Origin: an uncultured archaeon
GTDB taxonomy: Archaea; Asgardarchaeota; Thorarchaeia; Thorarchaeales; Thorarchaeaceae
NCBI GenBank assembly: GCA_964590575.1
Contig: CAZPWM010000103.1
Coordinates: 1 to 11,144, forward strand
DNA length: 11,144 nt
Reading direction: 5' to 3'
In this document: piece by piece, positions 1 through 6,576 of the stretch
How positions within the stretch are numbered: position 1 is the stretch's first letter
How the letters are laid out: each line of letters starts with the position of its first letter
Notes under the pieces: model-generated
Databases searched by the model: none
What the model saw: the letters and a program-made list of their open reading frames with translations, nothing else
What the model was told of the DNA's origin: nothing
Translations under genes and position numbers: made by a program

Positions 1-1196
1 GACTTCTTCACATAGATGATGGCGAGAATAATCGCACCAATCGCTATTGATGCCACAACAACTAGAGGGAGGAAATCAATCCATCCACTAGAAATAGATG
101 GCTCATAATCTGTTATTGAATTCAGAATATACTGGAGAATGTCTTCATGAATATCTTCACCAGGTTCATCAGCATTCGCAGTCATTGAAACGACAACACC
201 GTATTCAGGAGCAACGTAAATGTACTGCCCATTGGAGCCAGCTGCGTGGTATATTCCATGAGGCGTGTCAATCCACCACTGGTAGCCATAGTCCGTATCG
301 GGATAGATGCTAGCATGAGGAGATGATGCCTGAGTGACCCAATCCGCGGGAAGTATCTGTTGACCATCCCATGTACCATTGTTTAGGTAGAGAAGACCTA
401 ACTTCGCCATTACTCGGGGGGTCACGTAGAGTTGGGTCCCACCATTATTGATACCTTGCAGGTCAACATTCCAGGCGCCAATTGTCATATTCAATGGATC
501 AAAGAGATACTCCATAGCAAAATTACGTGTTGTCATGTTCGTTGTTTCTTGGATTATTGCAGAGAGCAAATGTGAAGCACCGGTGGTATACATCCACTGT
601 TCTCCCGGTTCGTGTGCCATTGGGAGATCTAGAAAGAACTGAATTGGATTGGAACTTCCAAACATCTGATTGTACATATTGGTTGGGTCCTGATAGGAGT
701 TGTTCCACTCGTTCCAATCAAGACCGGTTGTCATAGTAAGGACATGCTCAAGGGTCATTGATTCTTTTCGAGAGTCCAGATTTTGAATGGTCATTCCTGG
801 AAAGAAGTCAATGACCCGTTGACTCACATTATCAATGAACCCTTCCTTGATAGCGATTCCCACAAGTGTCCCAGTGAAGCTCTTTGTGCATGAGAAGATG
901 TGATGAGTCATACTTTCTGTGTAATAAGACCAGTATCCTTCTTTGACAATATATCCATTTCTTGTCACGACGAGTCCGTGCATTGGAGATGACGAATCCT
1001 CAATATATTGCATCATCTCATCCAAGATGGTTGAATTCATTTCCTGTTCTTCAGGAGATGTTGAGGCCCATTCATCATCAGGAAAATAACTGATGGAAGT
1101 CGGTCTGATTGAAGTGATGTCTGAATATCCAGAAACAGCCTGAACAGAAACCAACAGAATAACAAGTGATACTATGTGGAGTATTCTGGTGCTCAT
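1..1196 (-). CDS. Secreted, C-terminally membrane-anchored serine hydrolase, beta-lactamase class C / NylB-like family (3' end truncated by window edge)
   Basis: Translated by hand; absent from the ORF track because there is no stop in the window. ATG at 1196 opens 398 uninterrupted codons. It starts MSTRILHIVSLVILLVSVQAVSG (signal peptide-like) and contains HIFSCTKSF (SxxK, nt 882-893), TLEHVLTMTTGLDW, EPGEQWMYTTG (catalytic Tyr motif), YGYQWW and YHAAGSNGQYIYV. It ends LPLVVVASIAIGAIILAIIYVKK (TM helix plus basic tail). Confidence 0.9.
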   Translation of the reverse strand, partial: MSTRILHIVSLVILLVSVQAVSGYSDITSIRPTSISYFPDDEWASTSPEEQEMNSTILDEMMQYIEDSSSPMHGLVVTRNGYIVKEGYWSYYTESMTHHIFSCTKSFTGTLVGIAIKEGFIDNVSQRVIDFFPGMTIQNLDSRKESMTLEHVLTMTTGLDWNEWNNSYQDPTNMYNQMFGSSNPIQFFLDLPMAHEPGEQWMYTTGASHLLSAIIQETTNMTTRNFAMEYLFDPLNMTIGAWNVDLQGINNGGTQLYVTPRVMAKLGLLYLNNGTWDGQQILPADWVTQASSPHASIYPDTDYGYQWWIDTPHGIYHAAGSNGQYIYVAPEYGVVVSMTANADEPGEDIHEDILQYILNSITDYEPSISSGWIDFLPLVVVASIAIGAIILAIIYVKK

Positions 1197-1269
1197 GCCA
1201 TCTCAGAGTATTTTGGAGAATAAAAGACGGAGGTTTCTAGCAATGGATTGTCCGTCTTTCGTACTATCC

Positions 1270-1734
1270 TTAATCGCCGAGCTCTTGTGCAAATCGTTTA
1301 CCAAACTCTCGTGCCTTGGCTGGTTCTGCAGCATTGAGTGGACCCTTTCGACCATCTACAAGTGAGGAGAGTCCTGGAGAGAGTACCCTAACACCCGGGG
1401 CTCCCTCTGCAACCATTTCCTCAATTGATTTCACTCCTCGACCCGAATGCCCAGGAGCTTGATACGTTTCAAAAGCACCTACTAGCTTACCATCCAGGCC
1501 TTTCTTGATGGCATTCTTTGTGGCACCTATAATCCCACGTGCAGCTCTAAACATATGGATTGGTCCTCCAAGAAGGACTCCATCAAGGATGCTAAAATCA
1601 TGAACGCTGACCTCGTTAATCCCTATAACCATACACTCAGCTTTTGCGGTTTCACTAATTCCAGCCGCTATTTCTCTAGCAAGCTTCTCTGTGTTACCAT
1701 AAGTCGAGTCGAAAATTATCAAGACTTTCTTCAT
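1270..1734 (-). CDS. Flavodoxin-domain protein
   Basis: 154-aa ORF with the N-terminal FMN phosphate-binding loop IIFDSTYGNTEKLA, followed by DGVLLGGP, GKLVGAFET and the C-terminal helix KAREFGKRFA typical of the flavodoxin fold. Confidence 0.88.
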   Translation of the reverse strand: MKKVLIIFDSTYGNTEKLAREIAAGISETAKAECMVIGINEVSVHDFSILDGVLLGGPIHMFRAARGIIGATKNAIKKGLDGKLVGAFETYQAPGHSGRGVKSIEEMVAEGAPGVRVLSPGLSSLVDGRKGPLNAAEPAKAREFGKRFAQELGD

Positions 1735-1779
1735 CGTAAATTCCTCATTTCTTCTGGAACCAGTCTTATGTGAGATGAT

Positions 1780-3063
1780 TTAAGATTTAGCAATCTCATC
1801 CTGTATGAGTGTAACAAGTGAGTGGATGCTGTCGAAGCTTGATGCCTTCAGACCCTCCGAGTAGATGTCTGTGGAGGAAAACTGTTCACCGGCAATCCCT
1901 TTTGTTCCGCAATATCCTAGAAATAGCAATGCCTTGAAGTATCCAACTATGTGAGCCTCCTCCTCCTTTGGGGATTTGAGCTCGACCATGGCGGGATCCC
2001 GAAGTAGTCTTGGTGATATGTGTCCTATCGAAAGGACGCTACCAATGCTTTTGATAAGGCTCTGTAATGTGGACCGTTTACGTTCGATGAAATCAAGATA
2101 GAGATTCATTCCTTCCTCGGGATTCCTCCTGTAGGAGTGGATAATTCCATCAATTTCAGGTATGATACTCATCAAGAACTCCTTCGAATATGATTGCAGT
2201 TCAGACTCAGGAATCCCCAATGGCTCAGTGTCCGTGGCAAATACAACAGTAGCACCTAGTTTTGAAAGATCCATTTTTCCGCTTACAAAGATGAGACCCC
2301 TCTGACCCACATCACGACCCAGATCATGGTCATCAGCATATGCACATGAAACGTTCCAACCAGAATGAGCAAAGAACAGGGATACGTCCTCTTTGTTTAG
2401 CCCCCACTTGAAATGCCTCATAAATGGGCCATATTCAGCCAGAGTGAGCCCAGGGACACAAACATCTGTGAAAATCTGACTCCCGCCAGTGCAAATCTTA
2501 GCTGCAGTTTTTAGAAGCGATTTGGCCGCGTTCTGCTCTAAGTAGTAGACTAACCCCTCCAATAACCAGAGTGTGGGAATATCTTGGCGATATCCAGCCT
2601 TCAAGAGTTCAGTTGCCCAGCCAGGTTCTGAGAGATTGGTGGACACTCGTACAAGCCTACAGTATGGTTTTTCATCCTTGAGAATATTTGCTTTATAGCT
2701 ATTTACAATATCAAAGTCAACCTCAAAGACCGTGTGGTCGTTTTCACTGAGTCGATTAATGCGGTAAGCCCGTGCATCAAGGCCAGCACCCAGCAGAACA
2801 ATCTGTGACTGCTTATGTGTATCACACCAAGGCGCCAAGACATGATTGTCAATATGGTGGGTTCGGACCACAGCATAATCGCTAGTCCCGCTAGCACGTT
2901 TGTGTTCACTGATATATGATGTCATGTCACCGGCAAGAAGCTCTGCGAAGAAGTCTATAATGAGAGGGTCTTCATGTCTAGACTCTTGAGCACGATAGTA
3001 GGCGATAAGACGAGCTGTAAACGGTACCGCACTCTTCTTGTCGTCAATCTCATGTTCGACCAT
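1780..3063 (-). CDS. SAM-dependent methyltransferase, leucine carboxyl methyltransferase (LCM)/TIGR00027 family, with an extra C-terminal domain of about 160 aa
   Basis: Motifs TARLIAYYRAQES, DPLIIDFFA, VVRTHHID, QIVLLGAGLDARAYR, VFEVD and PTLWLLEGLVYYL are typical of this family. I chose the ATG at 3063 as start; the track's GTG at 3075 is also possible. Confidence 0.88.
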   Translation of the reverse strand: MVEHEIDDKKSAVPFTARLIAYYRAQESRHEDPLIIDFFAELLAGDMTSYISEHKRASGTSDYAVVRTHHIDNHVLAPWCDTHKQSQIVLLGAGLDARAYRINRLSENDHTVFEVDFDIVNSYKANILKDEKPYCRLVRVSTNLSEPGWATELLKAGYRQDIPTLWLLEGLVYYLEQNAAKSLLKTAAKICTGGSQIFTDVCVPGLTLAEYGPFMRHFKWGLNKEDVSLFFAHSGWNVSCAYADDHDLGRDVGQRGLIFVSGKMDLSKLGATVVFATDTEPLGIPESELQSYSKEFLMSIIPEIDGIIHSYRRNPEEGMNLYLDFIERKRSTLQSLIKSIGSVLSIGHISPRLLRDPAMVELKSPKEEEAHIVGYFKALLFLGYCGTKGIAGEQFSSTDIYSEGLKASSFDSIHSLVTLIQDEIAKS

Positions 3064-3087
3064 TCCTGCACACACCCAGCTTTTGCT

Positions 3088-3741
3088 TCAGCGCATCCTT
3101 TGCCCGACATACTGGATTACACCATTGAGTCGCGGCCGGGATGGTGTTCGGTTGAAGGTTAATCCCTCTGTGTAGTATTGAAGCTTTAGTTTTGGAAAGA
3201 GGTCTAGAATCTCATCTCTAGTGAAGAAGTGAAAGTGAGCATTGTACTCAGCGTGATAAAAGGTGTTTTCCTCCACCTTCTCTATATCATCCCATTTCGT
3301 GATGTGTTGAAGGTCCTCCACAGAGAAGGTGTAAATATAGAGTAGCCCTTTCGGCATCAGACCAGCTTGGATCTTCTCTGCAAGTAGCTCAATGTCAGCC
3401 TTGCGAAACAGCTGGAGGATCTTTGAGGCGATTATCAGTGCATACTTAGCCTTCGGAATTGTAAAGTCTTGCAGGTCCATCTTATGATAAGTAAGATCCA
3501 GATTCTCTGCTTCTATGGCTTCTGGCAGTCCTTTAGAGAACGTAGATATATCAACTCCCTCAACCGCCCTACCCAGTTTAGCAAAGAAGAGTGCATGACG
3601 TCCTCGACCCATCCCTAAGTCTAAGACAGGACCCTTGGGGAGGATATCAAGATACTCAATCAGCTTAAAGTCTGGACCTAGCTTTCGATCCTCCACAGTT
3701 TCTTGATATGCTTTGAGCCAAAACGTCTTCTTTTTTGTCAT
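3088..3741 (-). CDS. Class I SAM-dependent methyltransferase (TehB-like)
   Basis: 217-aa ORF with motif I VLDLGMGRGRHALFFA, VEGVDIS, YALIIASKILQLF, LMPKGLLYI and HFFTRDEILDLF. Confidence 0.85.
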   Translation of the reverse strand: MTKKKTFWLKAYQETVEDRKLGPDFKLIEYLDILPKGPVLDLGMGRGRHALFFAKLGRAVEGVDISTFSKGLPEAIEAENLDLTYHKMDLQDFTIPKAKYALIIASKILQLFRKADIELLAEKIQAGLMPKGLLYIYTFSVEDLQHITKWDDIEKVEENTFYHAEYNAHFHFFTRDEILDLFPKLKLQYYTEGLTFNRTPSRPRLNGVIQYVGQRMR

Positions 3742-4054
3742 TACGAAAATACCCTTCTGTCTATCAGTACAACCCCCTTTCCTATCTTACGCTGAAAGCA
3801 ATGAAAGCAAGTCTGTCATTTCTCGAAAATAGTGCAACCCGATCCATTGAGGGATTCATGAAGCGAATGAAGATGCAAATTATCAAACCGCGCGTTTCAG
3901 CAACTGTTCATGGAAGGGAAGGTCCTCTTAATGCAGGTGTCGAAGAATCATTCATTCAATACGGTGGAGAAATTGGCAATCTTCTGGCAATGTGATGCAA
4001 AATAAGCCATAAAAGCGCGGCATACTATCTTTTTTTGGGGGCTATGTCCGCGAT

Positions 4055-4120
4055 TGGAAGAGTTTATATTCGTTTGTGTGGCACGTAACATGTAATAGAG
4101 TTACAATTGTTCGTGAGGAG
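4055..4120 (+). promoter_or_regulatory. Putative archaeal promoter (purine-rich BRE + TATA), candidate operator and SD for the 4126 gene
   Basis: GGAAGAG is followed by TTTATATT at 4063-4070. An inverted repeat TGTAA-N5-TTACA lies at 4091-4105, and GAGGAG at 4115-4120 precedes ATG 4126. Confidence 0.45.
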
Positions 4121-4125
4121 AAGAG

Positions 4126-4662
4126 ATGAGTGGGTCTGAGTGCGTGAGAGTTGTGGCGGACGAGATTCTCAAAGGGAACATATTGAGCCTGAGTGAACCA
4201 CTTTCGTACCCAGGAATTGTGATAGTCCCAATCGTACGAGTTGATACACCTACTCATATCAGACGGAGTCTAAGTAGAACAATCTTGACTGAGTATGTTC
4301 ACAAGGTGATTGTTGGAAGTCTACCCAGAAACACCTGTGGCATCTTCATTCTCGACTCACTGGGGGATGTTGTAGCATTCAAACTTCATTGTGAAGCCAG
4401 TGCTTTTTGGGAGCGGATCACTTTTGTTGAAAGACTCGTTGTTGAGCATTACAAAGACACGAGAAAGCCTATTGGAAAAGAAAGCGCCACCGCAAGGGTA
4501 GTGGCATTTCTAATGCGTCTCAAGATGGAAGGTCCAAAGGGCATCATGAGTTCTGAATCAGACTACTTTGCTGTTTCCCGAACAAATCTCACTAGTGAAC
4601 TCGGTGAGAGTAGTAATTTTCTTGAAACAACCACAGCTGTCTTGTATGCAGCGGGTCGTTAG
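4126..4662 (+). CDS. Hypothetical protein, possible degenerate ARPP-1 (DUF6569)-like domain
   Basis: 178-aa ORF with a good SD. The segments LSLSEPLSYPGIVIVPI and NTCGIFILDSLGDVVAFKLH...AFW...ARVVAFL resemble, from memory, the two ends of ARPP-1 domains. The ORF is likely real; the family call is tentative. Confidence 0.6.
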   Translation: MSGSECVRVVADEILKGNILSLSEPLSYPGIVIVPIVRVDTPTHIRRSLSRTILTEYVHKVIVGSLPRNTCGIFILDSLGDVVAFKLHCEASAFWERITFVERLVVEHYKDTRKPIGKESATARVVAFLMRLKMEGPKGIMSSESDYFAVSRTNLTSELGESSNFLETTTAVLYAAGR

Positions 4663-4696
4663 ACAAGCTCGATGTTCTTCACCAGAGTTTCTCGCT

Positions 4697-5209
4697 CTAT
4701 AGATAAACAACAGCTGCAGCAAAAATTAGACATAGAATCGCCAAAGGGATTAACGCACGTACATGTCCTTTTGCATGAAAGAGTCTGAAGTCTTTGTACT
4801 CCTTTTCCCGCATGTGCTCGGTTCCAGGAATTATCACCCAATCTGGAGTTATGGTACCAACAATCAGGTAATCTAGGAAAACAAAATCAGCGATGTTGCC
4901 AAACATCACAATACCAAAAAAGTTCAGAAAAGCATCCAATAGCGGGAGCGTACCGCCATAGAGACCCTCAAGCATCATGGTAGAAACCAAAGGAAATCCT
5001 ATTCCTAAAATGAAGAACGGAATCCCAGTATACGCACCAATCTTTCTCTCCCTCTTAGTCTGATGTGGAACGTGGTCTGTAATCTCTTTCGGATAGTCAC
5101 TGAAAGCCCAGATTCGAGGGTTCAAACTTCGCATTACAGCAAGCAGGTAGATTGTGAGAAGTACTGCAAAGATAGTACCATGTAGAAGAACGTTTTCTAG
5201 TAACTGCAC
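4697..5209 (-). CDS. Hypothetical integral membrane protein (about 4 TM helices)
   Basis: GTG start with SD GAGGTG 5 nt upstream. It has four hydrophobic segments and polar motifs DYPKEI, DFVFLD and TPDWVIIPGTE...YKDFRLFH. Confidence 0.78.
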   Translation of the reverse strand: MQLLENVLLHGTIFAVLLTIYLLAVMRSLNPRIWAFSDYPKEITDHVPHQTKRERKIGAYTGIPFFILGIGFPLVSTMMLEGLYGGTLPLLDAFLNFFGIVMFGNIADFVFLDYLIVGTITPDWVIIPGTEHMREKEYKDFRLFHAKGHVRALIPLAILCLIFAAAVVYL

Positions 5210-5338
5210 AACGACACCTCAGAGAATTGAATGATATTATTAACACTGACAATCCACTTGGAAGGTATGGAGGCATGCCTGCTGTTCAAATATGGACACA
5301 CATGGTCCTGTGTATAGGCCAAACTGCTACCTCAATGA

Positions 5339-5563
5339 TTAGATTGCCATGCAGGTCTCAGTTCTTTCTACGCCAGGTGCATCATGAATCCTTTCAACCA
5401 GTTTCCTAAACCCTGCCTTTACAGGAATATCAGCATATGCAATGATGTCATATGGGCCAGTCACCATGTGAACGTGTTGGACATCTGGCACTTTCTCAAT
5501 TTCAGCAAAAGCAGCACTTGCATTTCCAGCCTTGACCTGTATTAGAACAATAACAACAACCAT
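5339..5563 (-). CDS. Stand-alone Lrp/AsnC ligand-binding (RAM) domain protein
   Basis: 74 aa: VIVLIQVKAG...VHMVTGPYDIIA...IHDAPGVERTETC. There is no HTH. SD GGAGGT lies at 5571-5576 on the minus strand. Confidence 0.9.
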   Translation of the reverse strand: MVVVIVLIQVKAGNASAAFAEIEKVPDVQHVHMVTGPYDIIAYADIPVKAGFRKLVERIHDAPGVERTETCMAI

Positions 5564-5660
5564 TGTCGGAACCTCCTTTACGCAATCCAGTATATTGTCA
5601 TTTACCCAAAAAAGGATAGCTGAATATCAATAAACATGCTAAGAAGCGGATATGCAGGAG

Positions 5661-5885
5661 TTATAGACGAGAATGTACTATGATCCTGAGCCGTTCCTTG
5701 AATCCCTCACCATCGTATTTGAGTTTTTCACGAAGCACCTTCCATGTTGCAGCGCAGTTAGGATAGTCTACACTCAACATTTCATGAAGGATCTCATCGA
5801 CTATCTTTATGTTCTCTTTAGTCGCTTCGACCTCAATATCACGAAGTAATTCTTTCATCCTAGAGTTCTTGAAATAACACGTCAT
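5661..5885 (-). CDS. Small hypothetical protein (MTCYF...H...C...WK)
   Basis: 74-aa ORF with charged helical composition, co-directional with its neighbours and filling the gap between them. A GGTG SD-like sequence lies upstream. Confidence 0.72.
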   Translation of the reverse strand: MTCYFKNSRMKELLRDIEVEATKENIKIVDEILHEMLSVDYPNCAATWKVLREKLKYDGEGFKERLRIIVHSRL

Positions 5886-5959
5886 CAGAGTGACACCAAT
5901 CTATCATAGACTGTTTTCTGCCGGGAATTTCTCTAATATAATCTCTATTGCTACTGCTA

Positions 5960-6148
5960 ATGAGGAAGCATAAGTAGCTGGAATGTTCGATATGCAACAA
6001 CTATCTGTTAGAGGAGATATGATTGCAGGAATTACTGGATGCTCAAGAACAGACACGGAGAGAGGCAAGGTTCTTTCATGTGTTCAACTACGATCCGCAG
6101 ACAGCAGAATGGACGTGTCTGATGTGTAACCCTCCAGGTGGTAATTGA
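5960..6148 (+). pseudogene. Interrupted small CxxC...CxxC zinc-finger-like reading frame (pseudogene, recoded gene, or 41-aa ORF from TTG 6023)
   Basis: A single frame reads MRKHK*LECSICNNYLLEEI*LQELLDAQEQTRREARFFHVFNYDPQTAEWTCLMCNPPGGN*, with TAG at 5975-5977 and TGA at 6020-6022. The final TGA (6146-6148) overlaps the ATG of the next gene. Confidence 0.45.
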
Positions 6149-6576
6149 TGAAGAAGGCAAAGATCTACTGGGCAAACGCATTGTTCTCTTATGCAGATCG
6201 AAAATTCAACGAAGATAGTGTCGAGCGGGTACGAGCGGAGGGACACACCATCTTTCTCCCCCAAGAGGCATTCACAGAGGATGCAGACCCAACCAATGAA
6301 GAGATTTTCCGTGTTGACACTACAGAACTTCAGTCATCAGACATCGTGGTTGCTTGTCTGGACCAGTTCCCAATCGACACTGGCGTTGCTTGTGAGATTG
6401 GAGTTGCATATGCTTCAGGAATTCCCATCATCGGATTGTATACAGATATTCGGAGTAATAGAGAAGGTCCTGGAAGGATGTACAAGAATCAGTATGTTCT
6501 TGGCGCTATTGAGATCAATGGTGAGATTGTTGGGTCTATTGAAGAACTAATCAAGACCATCCCGAAATATCTATGA
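6148..6576 (+). CDS. Nucleoside 2-deoxyribosyltransferase / deoxynucleotide N-glycosidase family protein
   Basis: Motifs KIYWANALFS, IFLPQE, IFRVDTTELQSSDIVVA and DTGVACEIGVAYASGIPIIGL (catalytic Glu motif). The start is placed at ATG 6148, after SD AGGTGG; the track uses TTG 6145. Confidence 0.9.
   Translation: MKKAKIYWANALFSYADRKFNEDSVERVRAEGHTIFLPQEAFTEDADPTNEEIFRVDTTELQSSDIVVACLDQFPIDTGVACEIGVAYASGIPIIGLYTDIRSNREGPGRMYKNQYVLGAIEINGEIVGSIEELIKTIPKYL

Noticed and set aside
1-1196. Calling the serine hydrolase an antibiotic-resistance beta-lactamase (ampC)
   Set aside because: The fold is shared by many peptidases and esterases, and the YxN and KTG motifs of AmpC are replaced by YTT and AAG.
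98-1365. Short track ORFs 98..313, 182..379, 448..642, 523..717, 527..736 and 1174..1365
   Set aside because: They are antisense or off-frame shadows of the serine hydrolase and flavodoxin genes, with no motifs.
1555-3162. Track ORFs 1555..1773, 2703..2909 and 2974..3162
   Set aside because: They overlap well-supported flavodoxin and methyltransferase genes in other frames or on the other strand.
3735-3995. 86-aa plus-strand ORF in the long intergenic gap
   Set aside because: It starts inside the divergent methyltransferase gene, leaving no promoter room, and has no recognisable motif. A shorter internal start cannot be excluded.
4042-5409. Track ORFs 4042..4257, 4659..4841 and 5227..5409
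   Set aside because: They overlap better-supported genes and lack SD sites or protein-like features.
5983-6129. Alternative 48-aa frame MFDMQQLSVRGDMIAGITGCSRTD...
   Set aside because: It is open and has an ATG at 6019 just after GAGGAG, but the spacing is only 2 nt and it shows no motif. The overlapping CxxC frame looks more protein-like and is coupled to the next gene.
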